A stretch of 64,000 bases of DNA from positions 224,001 to 288,000 of the forward strand of contig CAXXDN010000002.1 of NCBI GenBank assembly GCA_963667465.2, read 5' to 3'. The DNA comes from Dehalococcoidia bacterium. Its GTDB lineage: Bacteria > Chloroflexota > Dehalococcoidia > UBA2979. Of the stretch, positions 28,306 through 37,199 are shown piece after piece (the first letter of the stretch is position 1; each line of letters opens with the position of its first letter). The notes under the pieces are model-generated. The model saw nothing but the letters and a program-made list of their open reading frames with translations, ran no database searches and was not told where the DNA came from. The translations under genes were made by a program, and so were the position numbers.

Positions 28306-29496
28306 ATGGCGGACGAGTCCGCGCCCGGCCCCCTCGCGGGCAAGCGCGTCCTGGACCTCACGACGGGCGTCGCCGGTCCGGCGGCCACGCAGATGCTCGG
28401 CTTCCTCGGGGCCGAGGTGATCCGCGTGACCAGCGCGATGATCCCGCGCATCCGCGCTACCGACGACGACCCGGCGATCAACGTGCTCTACCTCAACAAG
28501 GAGTGCGTGCGGCTCAACCTGCGCGACCCGCGCGGGCTCGACCTCGCGCGCCGGCTCGCCACGCAGTGCGACATCGTCGTCGAGAACCAGCGGCCGGGCT
28601 CCGTCGCGCGGCTTGGCCTCGGCTACGAGGCGCTGCGCGAGCTGCGGCCCGACATCATCGCGATCTCGCTCAGCGCCTCCGGCAAGGGTGGCCCCGCCGA
28701 GCACGAGGTCGGCTACGCACCGAACTTCGTCTCGCGCAGCGGCGTCGGGCTCACCTCGGGCTACGCCGGGGGGCCGCCCGGCGAGTACGTCAACTGGCCG
28801 GACCTGATCAGCGCGCACTGGCTCGTCTTCGCCGTGCTCTACGCCCTGATCCACCGCGAGCGCACCGGCGAGGGCCAGTACCTCGACCTCTCCGCCAACG
28901 AGTCGCTGACCTCGCTGGTTGGTGACCTCGTGCTGGATGCGGCGCTGAACGGGCGCAGCGCCGAGCCGCGGGGCAATAGCGATCCGACGATGGCCCCGCA
29001 CGCCGTCTACCGCTGCGCCGGCGAGTATGAGTGGGTCAGTATCGCCGTCGGGACCGACGGCGAATGGCAGGCGCTCTGTGAGGAGCTCGGCCGACCCGAG
29101 CTGGCCGAGGATCCGCGCTTCGCCGGCGTGCTCGAGCGGCTCGAGCACGAGCAGGAGCTCGACGCGCTGATCGGCGAGTGGACGAGCGCACAGCCCCCGG
29201 GCGACCTCGCGGCGCGGCTGCAGGCGGCGGGCGTGGCTGCCGCGCCGGTGCTCAACGGCAAGCAGTTGCTGGAGGACGAGCACCTGCGTGCGCAAGGCCG
29301 CTGGGTCGAGGTGGAGCACGCCATCCTCGGGAAGAAGTGGGTGATGACCTCGCCCTGGAGTCTCTCCGGCACGCCTGCGACGGTGCGCCATGCGGCGAAG
29401 CTGCAGGGCAGCGGCGAGCCCTACGTCTACGGCGAGCTGCTCGGCCTCAGCCGCGACGAGATCAAGGAACTGGTTCACGACAACGTGATCCACTGA
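28306..29496 (+). CDS. Family III CoA-transferase
   Basis: PLAGKRVLDL, ENQRPG, NWPDLIS (Asp present) and TGEGQYLDLS. Confidence 0.9.
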   Translation: MADESAPGPLAGKRVLDLTTGVAGPAATQMLGFLGAEVIRVTSAMIPRIRATDDDPAINVLYLNKECVRLNLRDPRGLDLARRLATQCDIVVENQRPGSVARLGLGYEALRELRPDIIAISLSASGKGGPAEHEVGYAPNFVSRSGVGLTSGYAGGPPGEYVNWPDLISAHWLVFAVLYALIHRERTGEGQYLDLSANESLTSLVGDLVLDAALNGRSAEPRGNSDPTMAPHAVYRCAGEYEWVSIAVGTDGEWQALCEELGRPELAEDPRFAGVLERLEHEQELDALIGEWTSAQPPGDLAARLQAAGVAAAPVLNGKQLLEDEHLRAQGRWVEVEHAILGKKWVMTSPWSLSGTPATVRHAAKLQGSGEPYVYGELLGLSRDEIKELVHDNVIH

Positions 29497-29608
29497 GCAC
29501 GACGGGACGCGCTACCCCGTACCGCGCGAGCCCGTACCATCGGCCCGGCGCAGCGAGGGCGCGACGGCGCCACAAGGGCAGCGAGGGCCCGGAAGCGAGG
29601 AACCGAAC

Positions 29609-31090
29609 ATGCAGTACGACGTCGTCGTCGTCGGCGCGGGCAACGCCGCCCACGCAGCCGCCGTCTCCGCACACGAGAACGGCGCCGAGCGGGTGCTGAT
29701 GCTGGAGAAGGCTCCCGAGGAACTGCGCGGCGGGAACACCCACTACAGCGGCGGCCTCTTCCGCTTCGCCTTCGAGCGCGCCGAGGACCTGCTGCCGATC
29801 GTCCCCAACATCGAGGATCAGGTGCCCGGCTTCACCGAGAACATCAAGCCCTACGGCGCCGCCCAGTTCCGCGCCGACCTCGACCGCGTGACCGAGGGCT
29901 CCTCGGACCCCGAGCTGTCCGAGGCGCTGATCGGCCGCTCCTACGACACGGTCCGCTGGATGGTCGAGCAGGGCATCGTGATGGGCCCTGCGACCGACCT
30001 CTCGGCCGTGAAGTACGAGGGCGCCGTGCGCTGGCCGCAGGGCGCGGTCATCCGCGCCGTCGGCATCGGCATCGGGCTCTCGCGGATGTGGTTCGAGGTG
30101 GCCCGCGACCGCGGCATCGAGCTGCGCTACGGCACGGGCGCGCGCTCGCTGACGCTCGACGAGAGCGGCGCGATCAGCGGCGTGGTGGTGAACGACGCCG
30201 ACGGCCTGCACGAGATCGAGACAGGCGCGGTGATCCTCGGCTGCGGCGGCTTCGAGGCCAACCCGGAGTGGCGCGCGCGCTACCTCGGACGACCCTGGGA
30301 CACGGCGCGTGTACGCGGCACCCGCTACAACAACGGCGACGGCCTGCGCATGGCCCTCGAGGTCGGGGCGCTGCCCTACGGGCAGTGGTCCGGCAGCCAC
30401 GGGACGCCGATCTCGGCGGACGCGCCGCTGTACGGCGACCGCCGGCTCACGGACCAGACCAACCGCCTCTCCTATCCCTTCGGCGTCATCCTCAACACCG
30501 AGGGTGATCGCTTCATCGACGAGGGTGAGGACTTCCACCTGCTGACCTACGCGAAGACCGGCGGCGCCGTGCTGCGCCAGCCCGGCGGCATCGGTTACCA
30601 GATCTTCGACTCGAAGGTGTTCGAGGCCCTGGAGCCGCGCTACCGCACGAGCGACCCGATCGTCGGGGACACACTGGAGGAACTGATCGCGCAGCTGCCG
30701 CTGGACCAGGAGACGGCGGCGCGCACGCTCGAGGCGTTCAACACCGCCGTCGTCGGCGAGGGCACGTTCGACCCGGGTGTCCGCGACGGGCTGAAGACGG
30801 ACGGCCTGGAGCCGGAGAAGACCAACTGGGCGCAGCGGCTGGACTCGCCGCCGTATCGCGCCTACCCGATCACTGGCGGCATCACCTTCACCTTCGGCGG
30901 CCTGCGTGTGAACACGGACGCCGAGGTGCTCAGCACGGACTGGACGCCGATTCCCGGCCTCTACACCTGTGGCGAGATGGTCGGCGGCCTCTTCCACTAC
31001 AACTACCCGGCCGGATCGGGGCTGATGTCCGGCGCCGTCTTCGGTCGCGCCGCCGGGCGCTCCGCCGCCGCGCACGTGAGCGGCGGCTAG
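29609..31090 (+). CDS. FAD-dependent tricarballylate dehydrogenase TcuA/CobZ-like flavoprotein
   Basis: YDVVVVGAGNAA, RGGNT, GGFEANPEWRARYLG, GITFTFGGL and GEMVGGLFHYNYPAGSGLMSGAVFGR. Confidence 0.9.
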   Translation: MQYDVVVVGAGNAAHAAAVSAHENGAERVLMLEKAPEELRGGNTHYSGGLFRFAFERAEDLLPIVPNIEDQVPGFTENIKPYGAAQFRADLDRVTEGSSDPELSEALIGRSYDTVRWMVEQGIVMGPATDLSAVKYEGAVRWPQGAVIRAVGIGIGLSRMWFEVARDRGIELRYGTGARSLTLDESGAISGVVVNDADGLHEIETGAVILGCGGFEANPEWRARYLGRPWDTARVRGTRYNNGDGLRMALEVGALPYGQWSGSHGTPISADAPLYGDRRLTDQTNRLSYPFGVILNTEGDRFIDEGEDFHLLTYAKTGGAVLRQPGGIGYQIFDSKVFEALEPRYRTSDPIVGDTLEELIAQLPLDQETAARTLEAFNTAVVGEGTFDPGVRDGLKTDGLEPEKTNWAQRLDSPPYRAYPITGGITFTFGGLRVNTDAEVLSTDWTPIPGLYTCGEMVGGLFHYNYPAGSGLMSGAVFGRAAGRSAAAHVSGG

Positions 31091-31225
31091 CGAAGGGGAC
31101 GAGGGGTAACCGCCAGCGGTTCCCGGAGTGGCATAGACGCTCACACGGAGCGCCGATAGGATGCCCGACAAGGTGACGCGCCTGACGCACGCCCTCGGGC
31201 GAGCGTAGGAGGAGAGGCCGCGCGG

Positions 31226-32473
31226 GTGACCTTCGTCATCACCCAGCCCTGCGTCGACGTGCAGGATCAGTCCTGCGTCGAGGTTTGCCCGGTCGACTGC
31301 ATCCACTTCGATGCCGGCGACGACCGGATGCTGTACATCGAGCCCGAGGTTTGTATCGACTGCGGCGCCTGCGAGCCGGCCTGCCCGGTGAGCGCCATCT
31401 TCGCCGAGGCCGACGTGCCCGAGGACCAGGCGCACTTCCTCGAGATCAACGCGCTCTGGTTCGAGGACGCCGCGGCCGCGCGCGCCATGGTCGGCGGCGG
31501 AGCCGCCCCGGCCCCCGCTGCCGCTCCCGCCGCCGAAGCGGCCGAGGAACCGGCGGCCGAGGCCGACGCGGAGCCTGCGGCTGCCGAGGAGGCGCCCGCT
31601 GCCGAGGCGGAGGCCGGCGACGAGCCCGCTGAAGAGCCGGCGGAGGCCGCCCCGGCGCTGGTCGCGGCCAGCACGCAGATCGAGGCCGTCGAAGACCACG
31701 GGCATAACGAGGGGCCCGCCGTCTCGCAGTACGGCCAGCCATCACCGATCGGCGTGGTCGCGCTCGCCGGGATGCTCGTCATGCTCATCGGCGTCTGGTT
31801 GGCGCCGGGCGATCCGGTCAACAGCGGCACGCCGATCATCGGTGGAGTGCTCGACATCATCCCGCGGCTCGGGATCTTCCGGAACCTGCAGGGGCCGCCG
31901 GAGCTGGGCGTGGTCCTCGTGCTTCCGGCGCTGCTGTTCCTGTTGATCTTCGTTCTCCAGCAGGCCCGCGAGCTGCGCGGCTTCGACGCGAAGCGCGAGC
32001 GGGTGCTGGCGGGCTGGCGCGAGGCTGGCGTGGCGTGGCGGCGCAGCGAGGAATCGCGCCGCCACGAGCTCGAAACGACCATCAGCCAGCTCGCGAACGA
32101 CCGCTTCCCGTTCCCGGACGAGGCGCATCCGGACTACCGCACCTACGTCAACGTGCCGGAGCCGCAACTGGCGCTGGAGTTCACCGCGGGCGGCGCCTCG
32201 CGCTCGCAGGTCTTCCCGGACATCGTCGTCGTCGAGCACCCGCGCAACCGCCCGATCATGGTCGCGCAGGTGGAGACGAAGGAAACGGTGACACGGCGCC
32301 AGGCCGAGCTGGTCTGGGCGCAACTCGAGAACGACGACGCGCCGCTCTACATCTACGTGCCGTCCGGGTTCGCGGCCCGGGCCCGCGACTACGCGATCGC
32401 CGCCGGCATCGAGCACGCGAGGATTCGCACGTGGCGACGCCAGCCGGGCAGGATGCTCGTCCGCGAGCTCTAG
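31226..32473 (+). CDS. Fusion: FdxA-type ferredoxin + acidic Ala/Glu/Pro linker + two TM helices + restriction-endonuclease-like C-terminal domain
   Basis: C-x5-C-x3-CPVDC and CIDCGACEPACP; hydrophobic IGVVALAGMLVMLIGVWL and LGVVLVLPALLFLLIFVL; FPDIVVV...AQVET; AGGAGGAG SD. The C-terminal fold call is inference. Confidence 0.8.
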   Translation: MTFVITQPCVDVQDQSCVEVCPVDCIHFDAGDDRMLYIEPEVCIDCGACEPACPVSAIFAEADVPEDQAHFLEINALWFEDAAAARAMVGGGAAPAPAAAPAAEAAEEPAAEADAEPAAAEEAPAAEAEAGDEPAEEPAEAAPALVAASTQIEAVEDHGHNEGPAVSQYGQPSPIGVVALAGMLVMLIGVWLAPGDPVNSGTPIIGGVLDIIPRLGIFRNLQGPPELGVVLVLPALLFLLIFVLQQARELRGFDAKRERVLAGWREAGVAWRRSEESRRHELETTISQLANDRFPFPDEAHPDYRTYVNVPEPQLALEFTAGGASRSQVFPDIVVVEHPRNRPIMVAQVETKETVTRRQAELVWAQLENDDAPLYIYVPSGFAARARDYAIAAGIEHARIRTWRRQPGRMLVREL

Positions 32474-32603
32474 CGCCTCTTTCGCCGCCCCGCCTTCGTG
32501 ATCGTTCCACGCGTTGCACGGGCGTAGCGCATGGCCTTGTGGTGTAACCTGGTTGCGTTAGGCGTGTTCGGGCGCGAGTGCCGATCCGGATCGAGAGTAT
32601 TCC

Positions 32604-34223
32604 TTGAGGTTCACGTACAGCCCGCAGCTCTTCCGCGGCGACTTCTTTGGCGGCATCACCGCCGCGGTGGTGGGGCTTCCCGTCGGCCTGGCGTTCGGGG
32701 AGACATCGGGTCTCGGAGCGATCGCCGGCATCTACGGAGCGATCGCCGTGGGGTTCTTCGCCGCGGTGTTCGGTGGCACCCGCTCGCAGATCTCCGGCCC
32801 CACCGGCCCGATGGCCGTAGCGATGGCGGTGATCGTCACCAGCCACGCCGAGACCCTCGCCGAGGCGTTCACGGTCGTGATCATGGCCGGACTGATCCAG
32901 ATCGCGCTGGGCGTGGCGCGCATCGGCCGCTTCGTCGCCTACACGCCGTACTCCGTCATCTCCGGGTTCATGACCGGCATCGGCGCGATCATCATCCTGC
33001 TGCAGACCCTGCCCTTCCTCGGTTCGCCCGTCGTCGAGGGCGGACCGCTGGACGCAATCCGTGCCTGGCCCGACGCGATCGGCGGCCTCAACGGCAGCGC
33101 GCTCGTGATCGCCGTGGTGACGCTCGCCGTCGGCGTGGGCTGGCCACGCCAGCTCAGAACGTACCTGCCTCCCACCCTCGCGGCGCTGATCGCCGGCACC
33201 GCGGTGAGCCTCCTCTGGCTGGGCGACACGCCGGTCATCGGCGAAGTGCCGATCGGCCTGCCGGAGCTACAGGTTCCGGACCTCGCTCCCAACGTCCTGG
33301 TGCGCTCGGTGGAGCCCGCACTGGTCCTCGCGCTGCTCGGCTCCATCGATAGCCTGCTCACCTCGCTGGTGGCCGATTCGATGACGCGGACGCAGCACAA
33401 CCCGAACCGGGAGCTCGTGGGCCAGGGCATCGGCAACACGGTGGCGGGGCTGATCGGTGCGCTGCCCGGCGCCGGGGCGACGATGGGCACAGTGGTGAAC
33501 ATCCGCGCCGGAGGGCGGACCCAGATCTCCGGAGCGTTGCGCGCCGGCATCCTGCTGGCGCTGGTGCTGGGCCTCGGTACCTACGTCGAATCGATTCCCC
33601 ACGCGGCGCTGGCCGGGATCCTGATGAAGGTCGGCTGGGACATCATCGATTGGCGGTTCGTCACCCGGCTTCACCGCGTTCAGCGGGAACACCTGGTGGT
33701 GATGCTGATCACATTCGGGCTGACGGTGTTCCTGGACCTCGTCACGGCGGTGGCGATCGGCCTGATCGCCGCCGGGATGGCCAGCGCCCGGCGGCTCGAA
33801 CGCCTGCAGCTGGACAGGGTCGTCTCCGTACCGCTGCTGGACCAGAGCTTCTTCGCAGACGAGGAGGAGGACTCGGCGGACGCGTTCAGCGCTCGCGTCG
33901 GCATGGTCGCGCTGCGCGGCACCTTCACCGTCGCCTCCTCGAGCAGCCTGGTCAGCACGATCGGCGTCGACATCCGCGACCATGAGGTCGTGATCCTGGA
34001 CTTCACCGAGACCGAGTACATCGACGACAGCGCCGCCCTGGTGGTTGAGCAGATGATCGACATCGCCCTTGCGGAGGACACCGAGTGCATCGTGATGGGC
34101 CTGAGCGGCTCGCCCGCATCCTCGCTCCAGGCGCTCAACGTGCTGGACCGCGTTCCGGCGGAGCACTTCGTCGCGACGCTGGACGAGGCCCGCGAGACTG
34201 CCGCTCGAATGCTCCGCGCGTAG
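32604..34223 (+). CDS. SulP/SLC26 anion (sulfate/bicarbonate, BicA-like) transporter with STAS domain
   Basis: GDFFGGITAAVVGLP, QISGPTGPM, LGSIDSLLT, NRELVGQGIGN, GAGATMGT and the STAS motif VILDFTETEYIDDSA. Confidence 0.93.
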   Translation: MRFTYSPQLFRGDFFGGITAAVVGLPVGLAFGETSGLGAIAGIYGAIAVGFFAAVFGGTRSQISGPTGPMAVAMAVIVTSHAETLAEAFTVVIMAGLIQIALGVARIGRFVAYTPYSVISGFMTGIGAIIILLQTLPFLGSPVVEGGPLDAIRAWPDAIGGLNGSALVIAVVTLAVGVGWPRQLRTYLPPTLAALIAGTAVSLLWLGDTPVIGEVPIGLPELQVPDLAPNVLVRSVEPALVLALLGSIDSLLTSLVADSMTRTQHNPNRELVGQGIGNTVAGLIGALPGAGATMGTVVNIRAGGRTQISGALRAGILLALVLGLGTYVESIPHAALAGILMKVGWDIIDWRFVTRLHRVQREHLVVMLITFGLTVFLDLVTAVAIGLIAAGMASARRLERLQLDRVVSVPLLDQSFFADEEEDSADAFSARVGMVALRGTFTVASSSSLVSTIGVDIRDHEVVILDFTETEYIDDSAALVVEQMIDIALAEDTECIVMGLSGSPASSLQALNVLDRVPAEHFVATLDEARETAARMLRA

Positions 34224-34257
34224 CAGCAGCGAACAGCCGCCTGCCGAGTCCGCTTCC

Positions 34258-34800
34258 TCAGCTCCGGGTCGAGTGCGTCATGCGCCCCGGCACCCCGAGG
34301 TCCGGCGCACCCGCCAGCGAAGCGATCGCGCTCAGTTCGCCGGCGTGCGCGAAGAGGTGCGCGATGCTCCTCGAGAGCAGGTCGCTCACGCGCTGTTCGC
34401 GCCGCAGATTGGGCGAACGGCTCACCAGCTCGTCGAGGCGTGAGGCATCGAGGCGGCGCAGCCAGGGGATCGCGCGCGAGCGGACGCGCCGGAACGCCTC
34501 GAGCGCGGCGGCCAGGTCCGGTGTCGAGGGCGCATCCCCGAAGTCGACGCGTTGGTCTTCGAGCCAGGAATCACGCTCGAGGTCTTGCAGTGCGGCGTTC
34601 CAGTAGTGGTCCTGCTGCTTCGCGACGTGGGAGACGATCCAGCCGCCGGAGTTCAGCCGATCGGCGCCGGCCTCGGGCGCGCCGCCGGGATCGAGGTCCG
34701 CGAGCGCCTCGGCGACCCGCTCGAACTCATCGAGCGCGTCGAAGAGCAGGCGCACGAGCGCGGGCGGCGAGGCCGGCGTGGGCTGGTGGGGCTGCGTCAC
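34258..34800 (-). CDS. DinB/YfiT-like metalloprotein
   Basis: NSGGWIVSHVA and HLFAHAGEL, the His triad of the DinB superfamily. Confidence 0.82.
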   Translation of the reverse strand: MTQPHQPTPASPPALVRLLFDALDEFERVAEALADLDPGGAPEAGADRLNSGGWIVSHVAKQQDHYWNAALQDLERDSWLEDQRVDFGDAPSTPDLAAALEAFRRVRSRAIPWLRRLDASRLDELVSRSPNLRREQRVSDLLSRSIAHLFAHAGELSAIASLAGAPDLGVPGRMTHSTRS

Positions 34801-34809
34801 GCGCGCAGT

Positions 34810-34980
34810 CTAGCGCGGCGGCAGTCGGCGCAGCGCGATCGAGGTCGTCACCCGCGCGTGCCGCGCGAGCCGGGGCTCCACGGCAGGGCGCACCGTAGCC
34901 AGCTCCGCGCGCAGCCACTGCTCCAGCAGCAGCACAGCGGCGGCCCCGAGCAGCACCCCAAGCACCGTTGCGAACAGCAT
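34810..34980 (-). CDS. Small single-TM protein, 56 aa, not in the ORF track
   Basis: MLFATVLGVLLGAAAVLLLEQWLRAELATVRPAVEPRLARHARVTTSIALRRLPPR; strong SD GGAGGTG at 34985-34991; fills the serS-dinB gap. Confidence 0.75.
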   Translation of the reverse strand: MLFATVLGVLLGAAAVLLLEQWLRAELATVRPAVEPRLARHARVTTSIALRRLPPR

Positions 34981-34999
34981 TCCTCACCTCCCGCACGCA

Positions 35000-35066
35000 G
35001 AACGCATGTCCGCCACTCGGGGGACATGGTGGAACAGCTGTACGCCCGTGTCAAGCACAGGCGTTC
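35000..35066 (-). promoter_or_regulatory. sigma70 promoter with three LexA(SOS)-box-like sites
   Basis: TTGACA (35049-54)-N17-CACCAT (35026-31); one-mismatch GAAC-N4-GTTC sites at 35055-66, 35032-43 and 35000-11. Confidence 0.65.
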
Positions 35067-35095
35067 GGTTTGCCGTTCGGGCGCGGGGGAGCGGC

Positions 35096-36424
35096 TCAGG
35101 GACCGGGCTGCGGCTCGTCCTCGATCAGGGCTACGCCGCCGAGGTAGGGGCGCAGCACCGCGGGCACCTCGATGCCGTCGGGACGCTCGTACTGCTCGAG
35201 CAGTGCGGCGAGCGTGCGGGGGAGCGCGAGGCCGGAGCCGTTGAGCGTGTGCATGTGGCGCACGCGGCCCTCGGCGTCGCGGTAGCGCAGGCTGGCGCGC
35301 CGCGCCTGGTAGTCCAGGAAGTTGGAGCAGGAGGAGACTTCCAGCCACTCCTCCGCGCCGGGCGCCCAGACCTCGATGTCGTACGTCAGCGCCGAGGCCG
35401 CGCCCACGTCCCCGGCGGCGAGCCGCACGACGCGGTAGCGGAAGCCGAGCTGCCGCACGACCTCGAGCGCCTCGTCGAGCAGCGTCTCCAGCTCGTCCCA
35501 GGAGCGCTCGGGCTCGCAAAACTTCACGAGCTCGACCTTGTCGAACTGGTGGCCGCGCTTGATGCCTCGCACGTCACGCCCGGCGCTCATGCGCTCGCGG
35601 CGGAAGCAGGGCGTGTAGGCGACGTGATGGATGGGCAGCGCGTCCAGCGGCAAGATCTCGTCGCGATAGAGGTTGGTGACGGGCACCTCGGCGGTGGGGA
35701 TCAGCCAGACATCGTCCTCGTGGTCGCGGTAGAGGTTGTCGCCGAACTTCGGAAGCTGGCCGGAGCCGACCAGCATCTCCTCGCGGACCACGAACGGCAC
35801 GTAGACCTCGCCGTAGCCGCGCTCGCGGTGCAGGTCCAGCATCCAGCTGATGAGCGCGCGCTGTAGTCGCGCCGCCGCGCCGCGCAGCACGTAGAAGCGC
35901 GAGCCCGAGATCTTCGTCCCGCGCTCGAAGTCGATCAGCCCGCGCGCCTCGCCGATCTCCCAGTGCGGCCGCCGGCCCTCCTCGCTCGCGGGCGCCGGCG
36001 CAGTGGAGGCGGGAACCGGCTGAGCGGTATGCACGGGCTCGCCGGCGCCGTCGCCCCCGAACAGCACGAGCCCGGCGTCCTCGCCGCCCTCGGGCACCGA
36101 GGCGTGCAGCAGGTTCGGCAGCTCCAGCAGCAGGCGCTGCAGCTCCTCGTCGCGCTCGCGCACGGCGGCGTCGAGCTCGTCGAGGCGCGAGGCGACCTGG
36201 CGCTGGGCGTCGATCAGCCGCTGCCGCTCGTCCGGGTCGCGGGTCGCGCCGATCTCGCGTCCGGCCTGGTTGCGCTCGGCGCGCATCCCCTCGACCTCGG
36301 TGAGCAGCGCACGGTGCGCGCGATCGGCCTCGAGAATCTCGTCGATCGGCGCCTCGACGCCGCGCAGCGCGCAGGCGCGGCGCACCTCGTCGGTCTGCTC
36401 GCGGATCAGGGGCAGCGGCAGCAT
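35096..36424 (-). CDS. serS: Serine--tRNA ligase
   Basis: Start MLPLPLIRE; SGSRFY, GQLPKF, LIPTAEVP, TPCFRRE, HQFDKVE, EVSSCSN and HTLNGSGLA. Confidence 0.97.
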   Translation of the reverse strand: MLPLPLIREQTDEVRRACALRGVEAPIDEILEADRAHRALLTEVEGMRAERNQAGREIGATRDPDERQRLIDAQRQVASRLDELDAAVRERDEELQRLLLELPNLLHASVPEGGEDAGLVLFGGDGAGEPVHTAQPVPASTAPAPASEEGRRPHWEIGEARGLIDFERGTKISGSRFYVLRGAAARLQRALISWMLDLHRERGYGEVYVPFVVREEMLVGSGQLPKFGDNLYRDHEDDVWLIPTAEVPVTNLYRDEILPLDALPIHHVAYTPCFRRERMSAGRDVRGIKRGHQFDKVELVKFCEPERSWDELETLLDEALEVVRQLGFRYRVVRLAAGDVGAASALTYDIEVWAPGAEEWLEVSSCSNFLDYQARRASLRYRDAEGRVRHMHTLNGSGLALPRTLAALLEQYERPDGIEVPAVLRPYLGGVALIEDEPQPGP

Positions 36425-36428
36425 GCGA

Positions 36429-36962
36429 TCAGCTCCGCGGGTCCGCTGCGGGCGAACCGCTTGCGAGGGCGTCCGCCGCGGCGTCGATCGCGTCGAGGGC
36501 GAGCTGGCGCACGTCCTCCGGCACCGGCGCCGACGCGCCCGGCCCGCCGAGCACCACGCCCGGCTCGCGCAGCTCTTCACGGCTGACCCAGCGCCAGCCC
36601 TCGCCGCTGTCGGGGCGGCCAGGCAGATCCGGTGCGCCGGAATCGCCGGCCAGGCGAGGGCGCGTGAAGTAGACGAAGTCGATGTGCTCGTGCAGGTTGC
36701 CCGGCTCCTCGATCTCGTAGACGCCGATCGTCACCGGTGGCGGCAGCTGCCTCGGATCCAGGTGAAGGTAGGGGGTGCTGGTGGGGACGATGAGCGCCTC
36801 GACGCCGGTTTCCTCCTCGATCTCGCGCAGCACCGCCTGGATCGGGTCTTCGTCGGTCTCGATGTGCCCGCCGGGCGGCAGCCACAGCCCGAGCCGGTGC
36901 CAGTGGAGCGCGGTTCGCCCGTCGTGCGAGAGGAAGCCGGAAACCGTGAAGTGGCGCTCCAC
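36429..36962 (-). CDS. NUDIX hydrolase
   Basis: Nudix box PGGHIETDEDPIQAVLREIEEETG and HEHIDFVY; GTG start 7 nt after TAGGCT. Confidence 0.88.
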   Translation of the reverse strand: MERHFTVSGFLSHDGRTALHWHRLGLWLPPGGHIETDEDPIQAVLREIEEETGVEALIVPTSTPYLHLDPRQLPPPVTIGVYEIEEPGNLHEHIDFVYFTRPRLAGDSGAPDLPGRPDSGEGWRWVSREELREPGVVLGGPGASAPVPEDVRQLALDAIDAAADALASGSPAADPRS

Positions 36963-37199
36963 GACTGCGAGCCTACGCGCCGCCCGTGCCGAGGGCAACG
37001 CAGCGCCGTGACGGGCGACAGCGCGAGCGGGTGAATATTGCCGCTCCCGAGGGGTCCGCGATAACATGTACTTAACGATAGATACGACGTGTCACTGGTT
37101 TGCGGGCTTGCCTTGGGCGAGTCCGCATTCGTCTCTCACAGGGGTACGGGTGGACCAGCGGCTCCGCGGCCGGTGGATTCGCATCCTCGGAGGTGGGAC

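Noticed and set aside
35975-36060. Pro/Ala-rich insertion in SerS as an extra domain or intein
   Set aside because: Only about 25 low-complexity residues in a variable linker, with no intein motifs.
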